This document shows, piece by piece, positions 35,508 to 45,296 of a stretch of 64,000 nt of DNA (positions are counted from its first letter, which is position 1; every line of letters begins with the position of its first letter). The notes beneath the pieces were generated by a model. That model saw only the letters and a program-made list of their open reading frames with translations, did not search any database and had not been told where the DNA came from. Both the position numbers and the translations under genes were made by a program. This stretch comes from a virus, in IMG/VR virus record IMGVR_UViG_3300029774_000001; one strand, 5' to 3'.

Positions 35508-35621
35508 TATGTTAAAACAGTGTTAAAATGGCATAAGCAGTTGCGTATCTCATAACATAATCTTATCTTTGCATTGTGAGATTAAGAGATGATAAGTCAA
35601 ACAAATAAAAAAGATAAGGTT
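35508..35621 (+). promoter_or_regulatory. Recurrent promoter cassette, copy 4 (near-identical to copy 2)
   Basis: ATGTTAAAACAGTGTTAAAA boxes; palindrome 35531-35551; -7 box TATCTTTG 35564-35571; same leader as copy 2. Confidence 0.7.
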
Positions 35622-35894
35622 ATGAAATCACTTGAAGAACTTAAGAACAGTATTTACGAGAAGATAAACGAAATCAGAAATTTCGATACTGACGACTCTA
35701 AAGTCTTTAATGAGGATGAGACATACAACTATGAGGAACTGGACGCTTATCTTGAAAGAAACAAGAAAAAGAACTATATGAAAGCCGCTTGCATGAGGAT
35801 GATTAAAAATTATCTTGACAGAATGTATGACGGATGGAAGTTCTACGAGAAGGATTATCTTATTTATGTGAATGACTTTAAAAGATTTGGATAG
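35622..35894 (+). CDS. Hypothetical protein
   Basis: Start moved to the ATG after the conserved leader; the track start 35589 translates the leader. Confidence 0.55.
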   Translation: MKSLEELKNSIYEKINEIRNFDTDDSKVFNEDETYNYEELDAYLERNKKKNYMKAACMRMIKNYLDRMYDGWKFYEKDYLIYVNDFKRFG

Positions 35895-36205
35895 TGAACG
35901 AATTAATAGAAAATATATGGACGCTTGTAGCTCTCACGGGATACAAGTTTATAACAGTGAATTTTTTAGGAACATACAAGGTGTTCCTGGTGGAAAATTT
36001 TGCTACGAAGACAAGGGATAACCCTTTCAATGAGGTACGCGGAGCGGTGGATATAACGGAAGATGTTAAGCACCTTACTTTCCAGTTGTCTGAATTGAAC
36101 CCTATCGGAATAGATACCCGGTTACAGGGAAGACCGAGAAAGGATTTTAAGTTCGGAAGTGACGATTACATTTACTTTATTGCTAACAAGAAAAACGAAT
36201 TTTGA
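35894..36205 (+). CDS. Hypothetical protein
   Basis: GTG start overlapping the previous stop; 103 aa. Confidence 0.45.
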   Translation: MNELIENIWTLVALTGYKFITVNFLGTYKVFLVENFATKTRDNPFNEVRGAVDITEDVKHLTFQLSELNPIGIDTRLQGRPRKDFKFGSDDYIYFIANKKNEF

Positions 36206-36206
36206 T

Positions 36207-36743
36207 ATGGCAAGCGAAAGATTAACGATTAGTGAAAAAGATAGGATTGCAAAAAGCATAATCAAGCCTATTGTAGAACAATCAAGAAAAGAATTTGAAG
36301 ATTTTGGAAGATTTGCCGACGAATTTTTCAAGAAAAATTTACCAAAAGATGTTATTGAATTTATGGATAAATACCCTAATGTAGTAAAAACCAAAGAATG
36401 TATTTATCTGGTAAGTTTTACACGCGAACGAATATACAATATAGTAAGTTATATTGAAGTAAATTATTTTGTATATTCGTTTATAACTGATGCAAAATTT
36501 GAAGAATTGAAAAATTCGACGGAAGCAAAACTTTTTGTCAATAGAATGATTGAGTTAGATAGGAAAGCATCTAATATCAAAAACCGGACAAAATGCGCAC
36601 TTGAAAATATCAATACAACAAAAAAATTGAAAGATAATTTCCCAGAAGCGTATGTTATTCTCACGGAAACTTCTAAAGAAGATGTTAAGAGGAATGAATG
36701 TGACAATATAGAAAAATTACGTGCAGAACTTTCAAAATTATAA
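36207..36743 (+). CDS. Hypothetical protein
   Basis: First ATG (MASERL..). Confidence 0.55.
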   Translation: MASERLTISEKDRIAKSIIKPIVEQSRKEFEDFGRFADEFFKKNLPKDVIEFMDKYPNVVKTKECIYLVSFTRERIYNIVSYIEVNYFVYSFITDAKFEELKNSTEAKLFVNRMIELDRKASNIKNRTKCALENINTTKKLKDNFPEAYVILTETSKEDVKRNECDNIEKLRAELSKL

Positions 36744-36747
36744 TAAT

Positions 36748-38682
36748 ATGGTTAAATCGAATTTAGACCCTAAAGTATTGGAGGGTAAAATAAAAGAATA
36801 TAACAACGCCTATCGTAGAGGCGAACCGGAAATAACGGATGCGGAATTTGACGCGCTTGTAGAACAATTGCATGAGGTCAACCCAGATGCGGATTGGTTC
36901 AAGAAAGGGGTTAATGACGAGGTTTCGGGAAGAAAAGAAACCCTTCCTATCCCCATGTACAGCCTGGAAAAGGTAAAAACTTATGACGAGATTGTAAGGT
37001 GGATAAAGTCATGTGGACTGAAAAATGAAGACCGACTGATTATCACTCCTAAATTTGATGGAATTTCCTTATGCGTGGACGAATATAACAAGAAGGCGTG
37101 GACGCGCGGAAATGGCGAGGTAGGACAGAATTGTACTTCTCATTTTGAACAGATGATTAACCACGGATTTAAGGACGTGAAAAGGACAGAAGGATATTAT
37201 ACTTTCGGAGAAGCCATTTTCCGTAATTCCACTTTCTTGACATTAAAGAAGCGGACAAATTACAAGTCAGCGAGAAATGCGGTAGCAGGTCTTGTCAATT
37301 CTCCTACTGTATCTCCGAATATGAGGGATGTGCAGTATGTAAGGTATGGATATTCTAACGAGGATTGGGACAAGGTAAGCATGATTGCCTTTATGAATGA
37401 CAATTCATCTGTAAAAGTTCGTTATGTAGAAACATTCGTAGAAATAATCATTCATAGCGAAAAGATGTTTAATGAATATATGGACAATATTTTCAAGGGC
37501 ATAACAAATGATTACAAATGCGATGGTCTTGTTATAGACGTGGATAGCGCAAAAATAAGAAAAGAGCTTGGAAGATTGCCGAACGGCAACCCACGTTATG
37601 CAATTGCCTACAAGAACCCGGATTGGTCGGAAAGAGAGGAAACAGAGGTAGAAAATGTAAGATGGCAGATTTCAAAGGACGGCAGATTATCCCCGGTAAT
37701 CGACATTACACCCGTTGAATTGTGCGGAGCTACGGTTTCCAAATGTACAGCATATAATGCCCGTTATGTAAAGGATAATTTTATTATGCCAGGTTCACGT
37801 GTCATTATTTGCCGTTCTGGTGATGTGATACCGAAACATATATTTACCGTGTCTTGGACTACTTTAAAAAGTTGTTTGCCCGACAAGTGTCCCATTTGTG
37901 GGAAACCTTTGGAGATGGACAGAAACAATGTGGACTTGATTTGTTTCAACAAAAATTGTGACGGTGTAATGCTTGCCAAATGTGTATATTTTTTCAATAC
38001 TTTGGGTTTTGAAGAGTTCGGAGAACCGACAATAAAGAAGCTATTCAATGCCGGGTACAAGACACCGGACAGCATTCTCCTATTATCGGAAGAAGACCTT
38101 AAGAAGATTGAAGGCATAGGAAATGTAGGTGCAAAGGTACTGTCAAGACAGTTTGAAAACTTAAAAAAGAAAGGTACGAACTTTGCAAAATTATTGACAG
38201 CCTATAATAAATTTGGGGGTGTAATAGCCGAAAAGACATGCCAAAAAATTCTTGACGGATTAAAGTTATATACTTGTAAAGATGTAGCTGATTTTGCAAA
38301 AGAATGTGATGAAAGTTGGGCGGCTGACATTGAAGACAAAGTTGAAGGTGTCGGATTTAATACAGCTTTAGCATTTGTTTTAGGTATTGAAGATTGGTGG
38401 GCGAATGACGATGATTCTGCACATATCCCTATAACTTATTACGGACTGGAAGAAAAGACCTTTGAAGGACAAATGACGGTTGTATTTACCGGATTTCGTT
38501 CACCGGACACGGAAAAGAAATTGACGGATATGGGGCATAAGATAGGTTCTTCTGTAAGCAAGAAAACAACATGCTTGGTAGTGAAGGAAAAAGGATTGGG
38601 AACCATCAAGGAAAAGAAAGCGGAGCAATACGGAATACCCGTTTTCACGTTTGAGGAATTTAAGGAAAAATTCAATGTTTGA
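36748..38682 (+). CDS. ligA: NAD+-dependent DNA ligase
   Basis: Y-R-R-G-E-P-E-I-T-D-A-E-F-D-A-L, adenylation K-F-D-G, Cys4 zinc finger C-P-I-C-G..C-F-N-K-N-C, HhH region and C-terminal BRCT (V-F-T-G-F). Confidence 0.85.
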   Translation: MVKSNLDPKVLEGKIKEYNNAYRRGEPEITDAEFDALVEQLHEVNPDADWFKKGVNDEVSGRKETLPIPMYSLEKVKTYDEIVRWIKSCGLKNEDRLIITPKFDGISLCVDEYNKKAWTRGNGEVGQNCTSHFEQMINHGFKDVKRTEGYYTFGEAIFRNSTFLTLKKRTNYKSARNAVAGLVNSPTVSPNMRDVQYVRYGYSNEDWDKVSMIAFMNDNSSVKVRYVETFVEIIIHSEKMFNEYMDNIFKGITNDYKCDGLVIDVDSAKIRKELGRLPNGNPRYAIAYKNPDWSEREETEVENVRWQISKDGRLSPVIDITPVELCGATVSKCTAYNARYVKDNFIMPGSRVIICRSGDVIPKHIFTVSWTTLKSCLPDKCPICGKPLEMDRNNVDLICFNKNCDGVMLAKCVYFFNTLGFEEFGEPTIKKLFNAGYKTPDSILLLSEEDLKKIEGIGNVGAKVLSRQFENLKKKGTNFAKLLTAYNKFGGVIAEKTCQKILDGLKLYTCKDVADFAKECDESWAADIEDKVEGVGFNTALAFVLGIEDWWANDDDSAHIPITYYGLEEKTFEGQMTVVFTGFRSPDTEKKLTDMGHKIGSSVSKKTTCLVVKEKGLGTIKEKKAEQYGIPVFTFEEFKEKFNV

Positions 38683-38713
38683 TTGAGTTTCTTTTGTTTG
38701 TTTGACATAGTGG

Positions 38714-38750
38714 GAGAGGCTGGTTTGAGAAAATAAGCCTCTTATTTTTG
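38714..38750 (+). promoter_or_regulatory. Terminator hairpin overlapping a -7 box
   Basis: GAGAGGCT..AGCCTCT, then TATTTTTG (38743-38750). Confidence 0.5.
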
Positions 38751-38764
38751 TAAATCTTTTGGTA

Positions 38765-40456
38765 ATGAGATATTGGTATAGAGATAAGGACTACGTTTAT
38801 ATTGGCTTTAATTATAACGCCAATTTTGTAAATAAAATGAAACGTGATTTCGGAGCCAAATATAACCCGGCTTTGAAAGAGTGGTATTTTGAACCTTCTT
38901 TAGAAAAATCTCTATTGTTAAAATATTTCTTGGATGGAAACGGCTTCAAGAACAAAAAGCCGGAAAGACAGATAGAAATACCTCTAAAGGAAATCAAGCC
39001 CCTTGTAAACGAAAAGGAGTTGAAAGAAATGTTTGATTACCTGGGATTACCGCTACATCTAAGAGATTATCAGATAGAGGGCGTGTCCTATATGGTTAAT
39101 CATGGGAATTGCCTTAATGGTTGCGGACCAGGTGTAGGGAAAACGAGGCAGTCTATAGCACTGGCAGAATTGCTTAACCTATTCCCCTGCATTGTGGTTT
39201 GTCCGGCAACGGTAAAACAAAGCTGGGTCAACGAATGGAAGCTGTGCAACCCTAACAGAACGGTACATGTGATTGATTCAAAGGACGAGACCAACACGGA
39301 CTGGAAAGCGGATGTTACGGTAATAAATTATGACTATCTTTTCAAACGTAGTGCAAAGGAAGAAGGTAAGAAAGAAGTAAAACTTCGTTACAGTCGTTCG
39401 CTTACCAAGAAATGGGGATTGGCGGTAATCGACGAAATACATCTATGTAAGAACCCGAAATCTATACGCTCTAAATGTGTGCAGAAAATTGTGGAGAATG
39501 CAGAAAAAACAATAGGATTAAGCGGTACGGCAATTATGAACAGACCCCAGGAGCTTATCAATATATTGCGGATTCTTGGAAGGTTCAAGGAGATATTCCC
39601 GGATTCGTTATATTATCTCTACAGATATTGCGCTGCAAAGAAAACGCGGTTTGGACTTGTATGTACCGGGGCTTCGTGTACGATGGAGCTGAACAAGGTA
39701 ATAAAGCATTACTGTTATTTCCGGAAGGAATTGCGCGACGTGGTGAACGAATTGCCGCCTATAATCAAACAGACGGTGAATGTGCCGATAACCAATAAAA
39801 AGGAGTATCGGAAGGCAGAAAAGGATTTTATCGAATGGCTTGCTAATATTGACATAGAGGCGGCAGAACGTGCCATACGTGCGGAGCAGCTTGTAAGGTT
39901 GTCCGGATTGAAGAAACTGTCTATAAATGGAAAAATAAAGTTTATTATCCAGTTTTTGAAGGAGTGGAGCGAGGCGAACGAGGATGAGAAAATGATAGTG
40001 TTCGGTATCACGACCGACATACTGGAAAGGCTTGGAAAGGAGTTCAAGAACAGTGAGGTTGTGACCGGGAAATACAGCACGGAAGAAAAGATGCGAAAGG
40101 TTGAGACATGGAAGAAAGAAAAGACCTTCCTATTTGCCAACATTGCATCATTATCTACGGGTATAGACGGTTTGCAGAAACATTGTTACAACATGGCGTT
40201 TATTGAATTGCCGCAACGTCCGGCAGAACTGGAACAGGCGACAGGACGTATAGACCGCATGGGGCAAACGCAGACTATGAACGTCTATTTTTTGCTGTCC
40301 AGTGACACAATAGACACGCAGATACGCGAATTATTAGACGGAAAGATAAAAGTAACGGATGCGGTCAACAAGGGTATTGACGTACAGGTAAGCCGTGACG
40401 ATTCGATGGATATTGCATTGATAAAGAAGTTGAAAGAATGGAAAGAAAAGAAATAA
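38765..40456 (+). CDS. SNF2-family helicase/translocase
   Basis: L-R-D-Y-Q, G-P-G-V-G-K-T, D-E-I-H, and motif VI G-R-I-D-R-M-G-Q. First ATG; the track start is TTG. Confidence 0.85.
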   Translation: MRYWYRDKDYVYIGFNYNANFVNKMKRDFGAKYNPALKEWYFEPSLEKSLLLKYFLDGNGFKNKKPERQIEIPLKEIKPLVNEKELKEMFDYLGLPLHLRDYQIEGVSYMVNHGNCLNGCGPGVGKTRQSIALAELLNLFPCIVVCPATVKQSWVNEWKLCNPNRTVHVIDSKDETNTDWKADVTVINYDYLFKRSAKEEGKKEVKLRYSRSLTKKWGLAVIDEIHLCKNPKSIRSKCVQKIVENAEKTIGLSGTAIMNRPQELINILRILGRFKEIFPDSLYYLYRYCAAKKTRFGLVCTGASCTMELNKVIKHYCYFRKELRDVVNELPPIIKQTVNVPITNKKEYRKAEKDFIEWLANIDIEAAERAIRAEQLVRLSGLKKLSINGKIKFIIQFLKEWSEANEDEKMIVFGITTDILERLGKEFKNSEVVTGKYSTEEKMRKVETWKKEKTFLFANIASLSTGIDGLQKHCYNMAFIELPQRPAELEQATGRIDRMGQTQTMNVYFLLSSDTIDTQIRELLDGKIKVTDAVNKGIDVQVSRDDSMDIALIKKLKEWKEKK

Positions 40457-40899
40457 CAATATTTACCGACGGCAGTTGTGAATGGAAGTCACGTCTTGGC
40501 GGTTGCGGTGTGTATATCCAGGAAGAAGGAAAAGAATACTTTATTTCCAAGGGCTACAGTGACACCACCATAAGCAGATGTGAATTAAGGGCGATATTGC
40601 ATGCCGTGCAGAGTATGAAAAAGGATGTACCTCTAAAGGTTACGATATGGAGCGACAGCCAGTATGCGGTTAGCTGTATGACAGACCCGGAATTAAGACC
40701 GACGGTAAACAAGGATATTATAGAAAAGATAAGACAAGAGCTGGGCGAGCGTAGACGGATGGTCGTGCGTTTCATGAAAGTACGGGGACACGAAAAAGAT
40801 GTAAACAACCCTATAATATACGGGAACCATGTAGCCGATATGCTGGCAGATTATAAGAATTTTGATAATTACGAACTTGATAAAATAATAGAATTATGA
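40438..40899 (+). CDS. rnhA: Ribonuclease HI
   Basis: T-D-G-S-C, C-E-L-R-A-I, W-S-D-S-Q-Y, V-R-G-H and N-x-x-A-D-x-L-A. Confidence 0.85.
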   Translation: MERKEITIFTDGSCEWKSRLGGCGVYIQEEGKEYFISKGYSDTTISRCELRAILHAVQSMKKDVPLKVTIWSDSQYAVSCMTDPELRPTVNKDIIEKIRQELGERRRMVVRFMKVRGHEKDVNNPIIYGNHVADMLADYKNFDNYELDKIIEL

Positions 40900-41366
40900 A
40901 TGAGGATTTTGTTTTTACTAAAGAAGAGAAAGTTAACAAATTGTTTAAAGTTTTGAACGTATTAAGGAACAGTTTGCAGTGTAAACGTATGGTTGTGGGT
41001 GGAAGTATGGCTATGTATATACATGGATTCAATGTGGAACCGCACGACCTGGATATAGAAATAGAAGGGATAAGTGACGATTCATTACGCGTTTTAAAGA
41101 CAATGGCAAGGATAAACAAGGACATGAAAAGCGACATCCTTTCCGAATATCCGGAAACAAATCCTCTATATCGTATAAAGATAGAGGATGTGGACGTAGA
41201 CATATGGGTAATGAATAAGATAGACTACAACAGGACTGTTTTCTACAATAATATAGAATTCGGTGATGTTCTAAGCGTAGTTAAAAAGAAAATGGACATG
41301 AAGCGCGAAAAAGACTATAAATCATTGGTAGATTATATCAATCAGTTAACCTATTTTACAAGATGA
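40896..41366 (+). CDS. Pol-beta-superfamily nucleotidyltransferase-like protein
   Basis: G-G-S-M-A-M-Y-I-H-G-x7-D-L-D-I-E-I fits the G-S-x(n)-D-x-D NTase signature. Confidence 0.5.
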   Translation: MNEDFVFTKEEKVNKLFKVLNVLRNSLQCKRMVVGGSMAMYIHGFNVEPHDLDIEIEGISDDSLRVLKTMARINKDMKSDILSEYPETNPLYRIKIEDVDVDIWVMNKIDYNRTVFYNNIEFGDVLSVVKKKMDMKREKDYKSLVDYINQLTYFTR

Positions 41367-42814
41367 AATGGAGTGACAGACAATTAGCCATTTTCGACGC
41401 ATACGAAAATACACGGAAAAACATTGCCATAGAAGCAACAGCAGGCAGCAGCAAGACAACTTGCATAGTGGAGTGTTGCAGAAGGACACCACCTAATAAA
41501 AAGGTTCTGTTTATGGCATTCAACAAAAGCATTGCGGAAGAATTGAGGGAACGTTTGCCGTCCCATATAGACGTCAACACCTTTCACTCTAAAGGTTTGC
41601 GCGTGCTGCTTTCCAATTTCCGTATAAAACCGAAAATCAACGAGAATAAATGCTTTGTTATCGGGAAGAAAATTCTGGACACAAAGGATATGGACGTGAA
41701 GCAGCAGATTCGATACCTATTCGAGATTCAAATAATATGGAACTACATAAGGGTCAACCTTATTACGGATTACGAGAAGGAAATACCGGGTATCTGTATT
41801 GAAAAGAATATCGAATTCCAGGAACGTATGGTAGGGGACATGGAACAAATTAGAAATGCCTGGCACAAGGAAATGAAGAAGATAAATTCAGTAAAAGAAA
41901 TTAACATTGATTTTACTGATATGCTTTATTTCCCTTACCAACTACTTGATAGTGAGGATTTCCCTAAATATGATATTGTTACCTTGGACGAACAACAAGA
42001 TGCGAATACCTTACAAAAAGAGCTTGCTTTACGCTATATAAAGAAAAGCGGTCGATTTGTAGTTGTTGGTGATTCCAGGCAATGTATATACGGTTTCCAG
42101 GGGAGTTCTTTAGAGGTTTTCAAGTCCTTCCAATCTTATCCCAACACCATAGTATTACCGTTGGATATTACATACAGATGCGGCAAGAACATAGTCGAAG
42201 AAGCTCGAAAAGTTTTTAACAACGGGATTGTTGCTGCATCTAATGCGATAGACGGTATTGTAAGAAAAGGAGAGTTTGATGAAGCGGAAAACGGGGATTT
42301 TATTCTATGCCGGAACAACCTACCTTTGACAACTGTCTTTCTCTATTTGTTAGAAATGGGAAAGAAAGCGACAATAAAAGGTAAGGATTACGGTGATGCA
42401 CTTGTGGCGTTGGTGGATAAGATAAAACATATTGAAGACTTGGACACGATGTGCGAGAAGAAAATTTCGGAACTCAAAGAACGGGGTTTTACTGATATCC
42501 AGGCAAAAAATAACCCTTCCTATGTAACCCTTCTTGAAAAGTGTACTATATTGAAAATGCTTTACAAGAACTGGGGAGACATGAAGAAGCTGGAAGACAA
42601 TATAAAGGAGATATATAAGGACGATACGGAAGGTATCGTATTATCCACTATCCACAAGTCTAAAGGACTGGAAGCAGACCGTGTTTTCTTGCTGAACAAG
42701 AGTTTGATACCCAGCAAGTATGCGAACACGGAAGAAGCATTATATAATGAAAAATGTTTATTGTTTGTGGCCATAACAAGAGCAAGAAAGGAGCTTGTAT
42801 ATTGCAATGTTTAA
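41363..42814 (+). CDS. UvrD/PcrA-like SF1 helicase
   Basis: A-T-A-G-S-S-K-T-T, D-E-Q-Q-D, T-I-H-K-S-K-G-L-E-A-D-R-V-F-L and V-A-I-T-R-A-R-K-E-L. Confidence 0.85.
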   Translation: MKWSDRQLAIFDAYENTRKNIAIEATAGSSKTTCIVECCRRTPPNKKVLFMAFNKSIAEELRERLPSHIDVNTFHSKGLRVLLSNFRIKPKINENKCFVIGKKILDTKDMDVKQQIRYLFEIQIIWNYIRVNLITDYEKEIPGICIEKNIEFQERMVGDMEQIRNAWHKEMKKINSVKEINIDFTDMLYFPYQLLDSEDFPKYDIVTLDEQQDANTLQKELALRYIKKSGRFVVVGDSRQCIYGFQGSSLEVFKSFQSYPNTIVLPLDITYRCGKNIVEEARKVFNNGIVAASNAIDGIVRKGEFDEAENGDFILCRNNLPLTTVFLYLLEMGKKATIKGKDYGDALVALVDKIKHIEDLDTMCEKKISELKERGFTDIQAKNNPSYVTLLEKCTILKMLYKNWGDMKKLEDNIKEIYKDDTEGIVLSTIHKSKGLEADRVFLLNKSLIPSKYANTEEALYNEKCLLFVAITRARKELVYCNV

Positions 42815-43025
42815 CGATGAACCTAAGAAAACCGTATATACGGAAATAGACCGTGAATTCAAGCGCATGAAACCGGGCACGGAATTTTGCCGGATTGAAT
42901 TTATCTCAAAGATAAAGGATTTCCACCCCGGTTCCGTAAGAAGTGGAATAGACCACTTCCTATTAAAGAAAATGAGTAAAGGAGAAGTAAAAAGAATTGA
43001 CAAAGGTAAATACTTGAAGTTATGA
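42807..43025 (+). CDS. Hypothetical protein
   Basis: First ATG; overlaps the helicase stop. Confidence 0.5.
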   Translation: MFNDEPKKTVYTEIDREFKRMKPGTEFCRIEFISKIKDFHPGSVRSGIDHFLLKKMSKGEVKRIDKGKYLKL

Positions 43026-43360
43026 AAAAACAAAAAATGTATATCCCCGTACTTGAACCGGGAAAGAGTGTATCACTTGTGTGTGCAAATAAAGTAACGG
43101 GATTGGAGGACCATTTGCCGACCCAGGAAATGCTGAATATCCACATGGAACAGCAGAAGATAATGATACAGAAGGATAAGGATTATAAGGTACATCCTTT
43201 ATATCTTTTCGTGGAAAAAGAAGAATTCAATGATTTGGTAAGAAGGATAAGAGGAAAGAACAAGAACGCGGAAACGGCTTGTATTCCGCTTGTATGCCAA
43301 TATCCGGCTGTGCCTATATGTGTGCTTTGTCCCAAACAGAAAGAGGAGGCGAAAGAATGA
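43022..43360 (+). CDS. Hypothetical protein
   Basis: 112-aa ORF with ATGA overlap. Confidence 0.55.
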   Translation: MKKQKMYIPVLEPGKSVSLVCANKVTGLEDHLPTQEMLNIHMEQQKIMIQKDKDYKVHPLYLFVEKEEFNDLVRRIRGKNKNAETACIPLVCQYPAVPICVLCPKQKEEAKE

Positions 43361-43785
43361 TATTCGAGTGCACGTTTACCTACATGGCACCCGACCCGAA
43401 TTCGACAAGCGGTAATTATAAAAAGTTTGTCGATGTCATAGCGGTACAGGCAGAAAACTATATGGATGCCGAAACAATGGCAACCGAATACGGGATGTTC
43501 AATATAGACGCGGACTTTGCCATATCTCCTATTAAGGAGGTGATTATAGATTCGGTGCAGCGTAACGAAAAGCACGGGGGACGATGGTACAAATGCACGG
43601 GCGTATACAGTGAGGCAACCGTTTCTGGAAAGCTGAAACAATACAAGCTGGTTATATTGCAACAGCATGAGGACTTTATAAAAGCCTCTACTAAAGCGCT
43701 GGAATACATGCAAGACCTTGTAGGCGAATGCAGACTGACGAAGGTAGAGGAAACTCCTATAATCGAATATGTGGAAAAGGACTGA
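43357..43785 (+). CDS. Hypothetical protein
   Basis: First ATG after the overlap (MIFECTF..). Confidence 0.55.
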   Translation: MIFECTFTYMAPDPNSTSGNYKKFVDVIAVQAENYMDAETMATEYGMFNIDADFAISPIKEVIIDSVQRNEKHGGRWYKCTGVYSEATVSGKLKQYKLVILQQHEDFIKASTKALEYMQDLVGECRLTKVEETPIIEYVEKD

Positions 43786-43896
43786 TATGTTAATTATATG
43801 TTAAAACGACATAAGCAGTTGCGTATGTCATAACATAATCTTATCTTTGTGGTGTGATAAGGAAAACGATAAGTCAAACAACAAAAAGATAAGATT
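43786..43896 (+). promoter_or_regulatory. Recurrent promoter cassette, copy 5
   Basis: ATATGTTAATTATATGTTAAAA; palindrome GACATAAGCAGTTGCGTATGTC 43808-43829; -7 box 43842-43849; leader AAGTCAAACAACAAAAAGATAAGATT-ATG. Confidence 0.7.
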
Positions 43897-44124
43897 ATGA
43901 ATTCAGTATTTAAAGCCAAGAAACAAATGTTAGAAAACACTCTTTCAAAGGTTGCAAAAGTTAGTGTTGAAATAACTTTTGCCCGTGTTAACATGATAAC
44001 GATAGCTTGGGATGAAGAAAACAAAAGCGCATTTGAAAGATTGCAGAACTACTTCAAAGGAAAACTTTTTGGCTACGAATACGACGAGGAATGCGATATG
44101 TCTGTTTGTTGTTTGAATTTATAA
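43897..44124 (+). CDS. Hypothetical protein
   Basis: 75-aa ATG ORF after the cassette. Confidence 0.55.
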   Translation: MNSVFKAKKQMLENTLSKVAKVSVEITFARVNMITIAWDEENKSAFERLQNYFKGKLFGYEYDEECDMSVCCLNL

Positions 44125-44127
44125 CAA

Positions 44128-44149
44128 GAAGGGCTTTTAAAAGCCCTTC
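44128..44149. terminator. Hairpin terminator
   Basis: GAAGGGCTTTT/AAAAGCCCTTC perfect palindrome. Confidence 0.6.
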
Positions 44150-44163
44150 ACAATTACAATACT

Positions 44164-44391
44164 ATGATAAGAATAACCAACCCCAAAGGAGAAACCCAGG
44201 TGCATACGGAAGAAAGCTATGAAAAGCTTCTGTGGCAGTTTGCAGAATCTAAAATGATGGATATGTGGTGCCAGAAACACCATCTTATTCCTATCTATAT
44301 ACACCAGGGAGAACAAATACTTAACAAGATGGTGGTAGAATCATTTTTGGAAGCGTTTAACTATAAAGTAGAAAAGAATTATGAAAACTAA
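44164..44391 (+). CDS. Hypothetical protein
   Basis: 75-aa ATG ORF. Confidence 0.55.
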   Translation: MIRITNPKGETQVHTEESYEKLLWQFAESKMMDMWCQKHHLIPIYIHQGEQILNKMVVESFLEAFNYKVEKNYEN

Positions 44392-44587
44392 GAAATTCGG
44401 AGTAGGCGACAAGGTAAAGATACTCCATTGTTCTGATATGATGCTAATCGGACAGATTACAGAAGTGGCAAGTATATGCGGAACGGAGAGCAACCGCTAT
44501 TATCACTTGAAGATAGACGGTGAACAAAGGGCGTTCATTCCGCAAAATTTGGAATTGGTAGAAAAGCATGAGGAGGATAAAGAATGA
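44381..44587 (+). CDS. Hypothetical protein
   Basis: 68-aa ATG ORF. Confidence 0.5.
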   Translation: MKTKKFGVGDKVKILHCSDMMLIGQITEVASICGTESNRYYHLKIDGEQRAFIPQNLELVEKHEEDKE

Positions 44588-44751
44588 CCTACACAGAAGA
44601 AAGAACCTATTGGCTGGAATGCATGATAAAGGCAAGCAGATACGGACTTGAACCGGAAGTAGCTGTTACAGCACTTGAATACCTAAAGGAAGACCCGAAG
44701 CTAAGCATAAGCCAATGCCTGGAAATGGCGTTAAAAGATTGGGATATATGA
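44584..44751 (+). CDS. Hypothetical small protein (55 aa)
   Basis: ATGA overlaps on both sides; fills the gap. Confidence 0.45.
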   Translation: MTYTEERTYWLECMIKASRYGLEPEVAVTALEYLKEDPKLSISQCLEMALKDWDI

Positions 44752-45143
44752 TACAGAAGATAATCGCTTACCTCTATCAAAAGAAGGTTACGAAGACTTA
44801 TAACGACAACAACGACGGTTTTATTTGCAATTTCGTACTTGAATACAAGGATAAGGGGGATTTTGTACATAAGATGGCATGCTATGCCGTCAACTTTGAA
44901 CCCGTTGTTATTGGAAAGGAGAACCGCTATTTGGTAGAGGTGGATGTGCATGCGGTCCAGAATGTCAAGTACAACAATGACAGGGTATGGATGCCTCAAT
45001 GCAAAGTTATGAAAATGGACTTGTTGTTACAGCCGTGGGAACTTACATTAGCAGAAAACGAAATAGAAACGTATTACGATGGACAGAGAAAAATTTGCGG
45101 AACCAGATATGACAGCAAAACCGGAAGAAATGCTGTGGTTTGA
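44748..45143 (+). CDS. Hypothetical protein
   Basis: First ATG (MIQKII..). Confidence 0.55.
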   Translation: MIQKIIAYLYQKKVTKTYNDNNDGFICNFVLEYKDKGDFVHKMACYAVNFEPVVIGKENRYLVEVDVHAVQNVKYNNDRVWMPQCKVMKMDLLLQPWELTLAENEIETYYDGQRKICGTRYDSKTGRNAVV

Positions 45144-45246
45144 ATCAACAATCAGTGAAAATGTGGAACCGGAGTTTTCATTCGTTGAACAGGAAAAGGA
45201 AGAAGTTTTGGTTTCGTGTACATGGTATTGATTTGGTGAAATAACT

Positions 45247-45278
45247 ATTGTTTATTTCCCTATTAAAACCTACCTTTG
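45247..45278 (+). promoter_or_regulatory. Candidate Bacteroides-type promoter
   Basis: ATTG-N20-TACCTTTG (-7 box 45271-45278), 18 nt before the ATG at 45297. Confidence 0.45.
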
Positions 45279-45296
45279 TAGGTAAAACTTCTATAT

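Noticed and set aside
39475-39798. 107-aa + ORF in an alternative frame within the SNF2 helicase gene
   Set aside because: It overlaps conserved helicase motifs out of frame. The same applies to 22584-22784, 23655-23867, 26178-26378 and 61163-61363.
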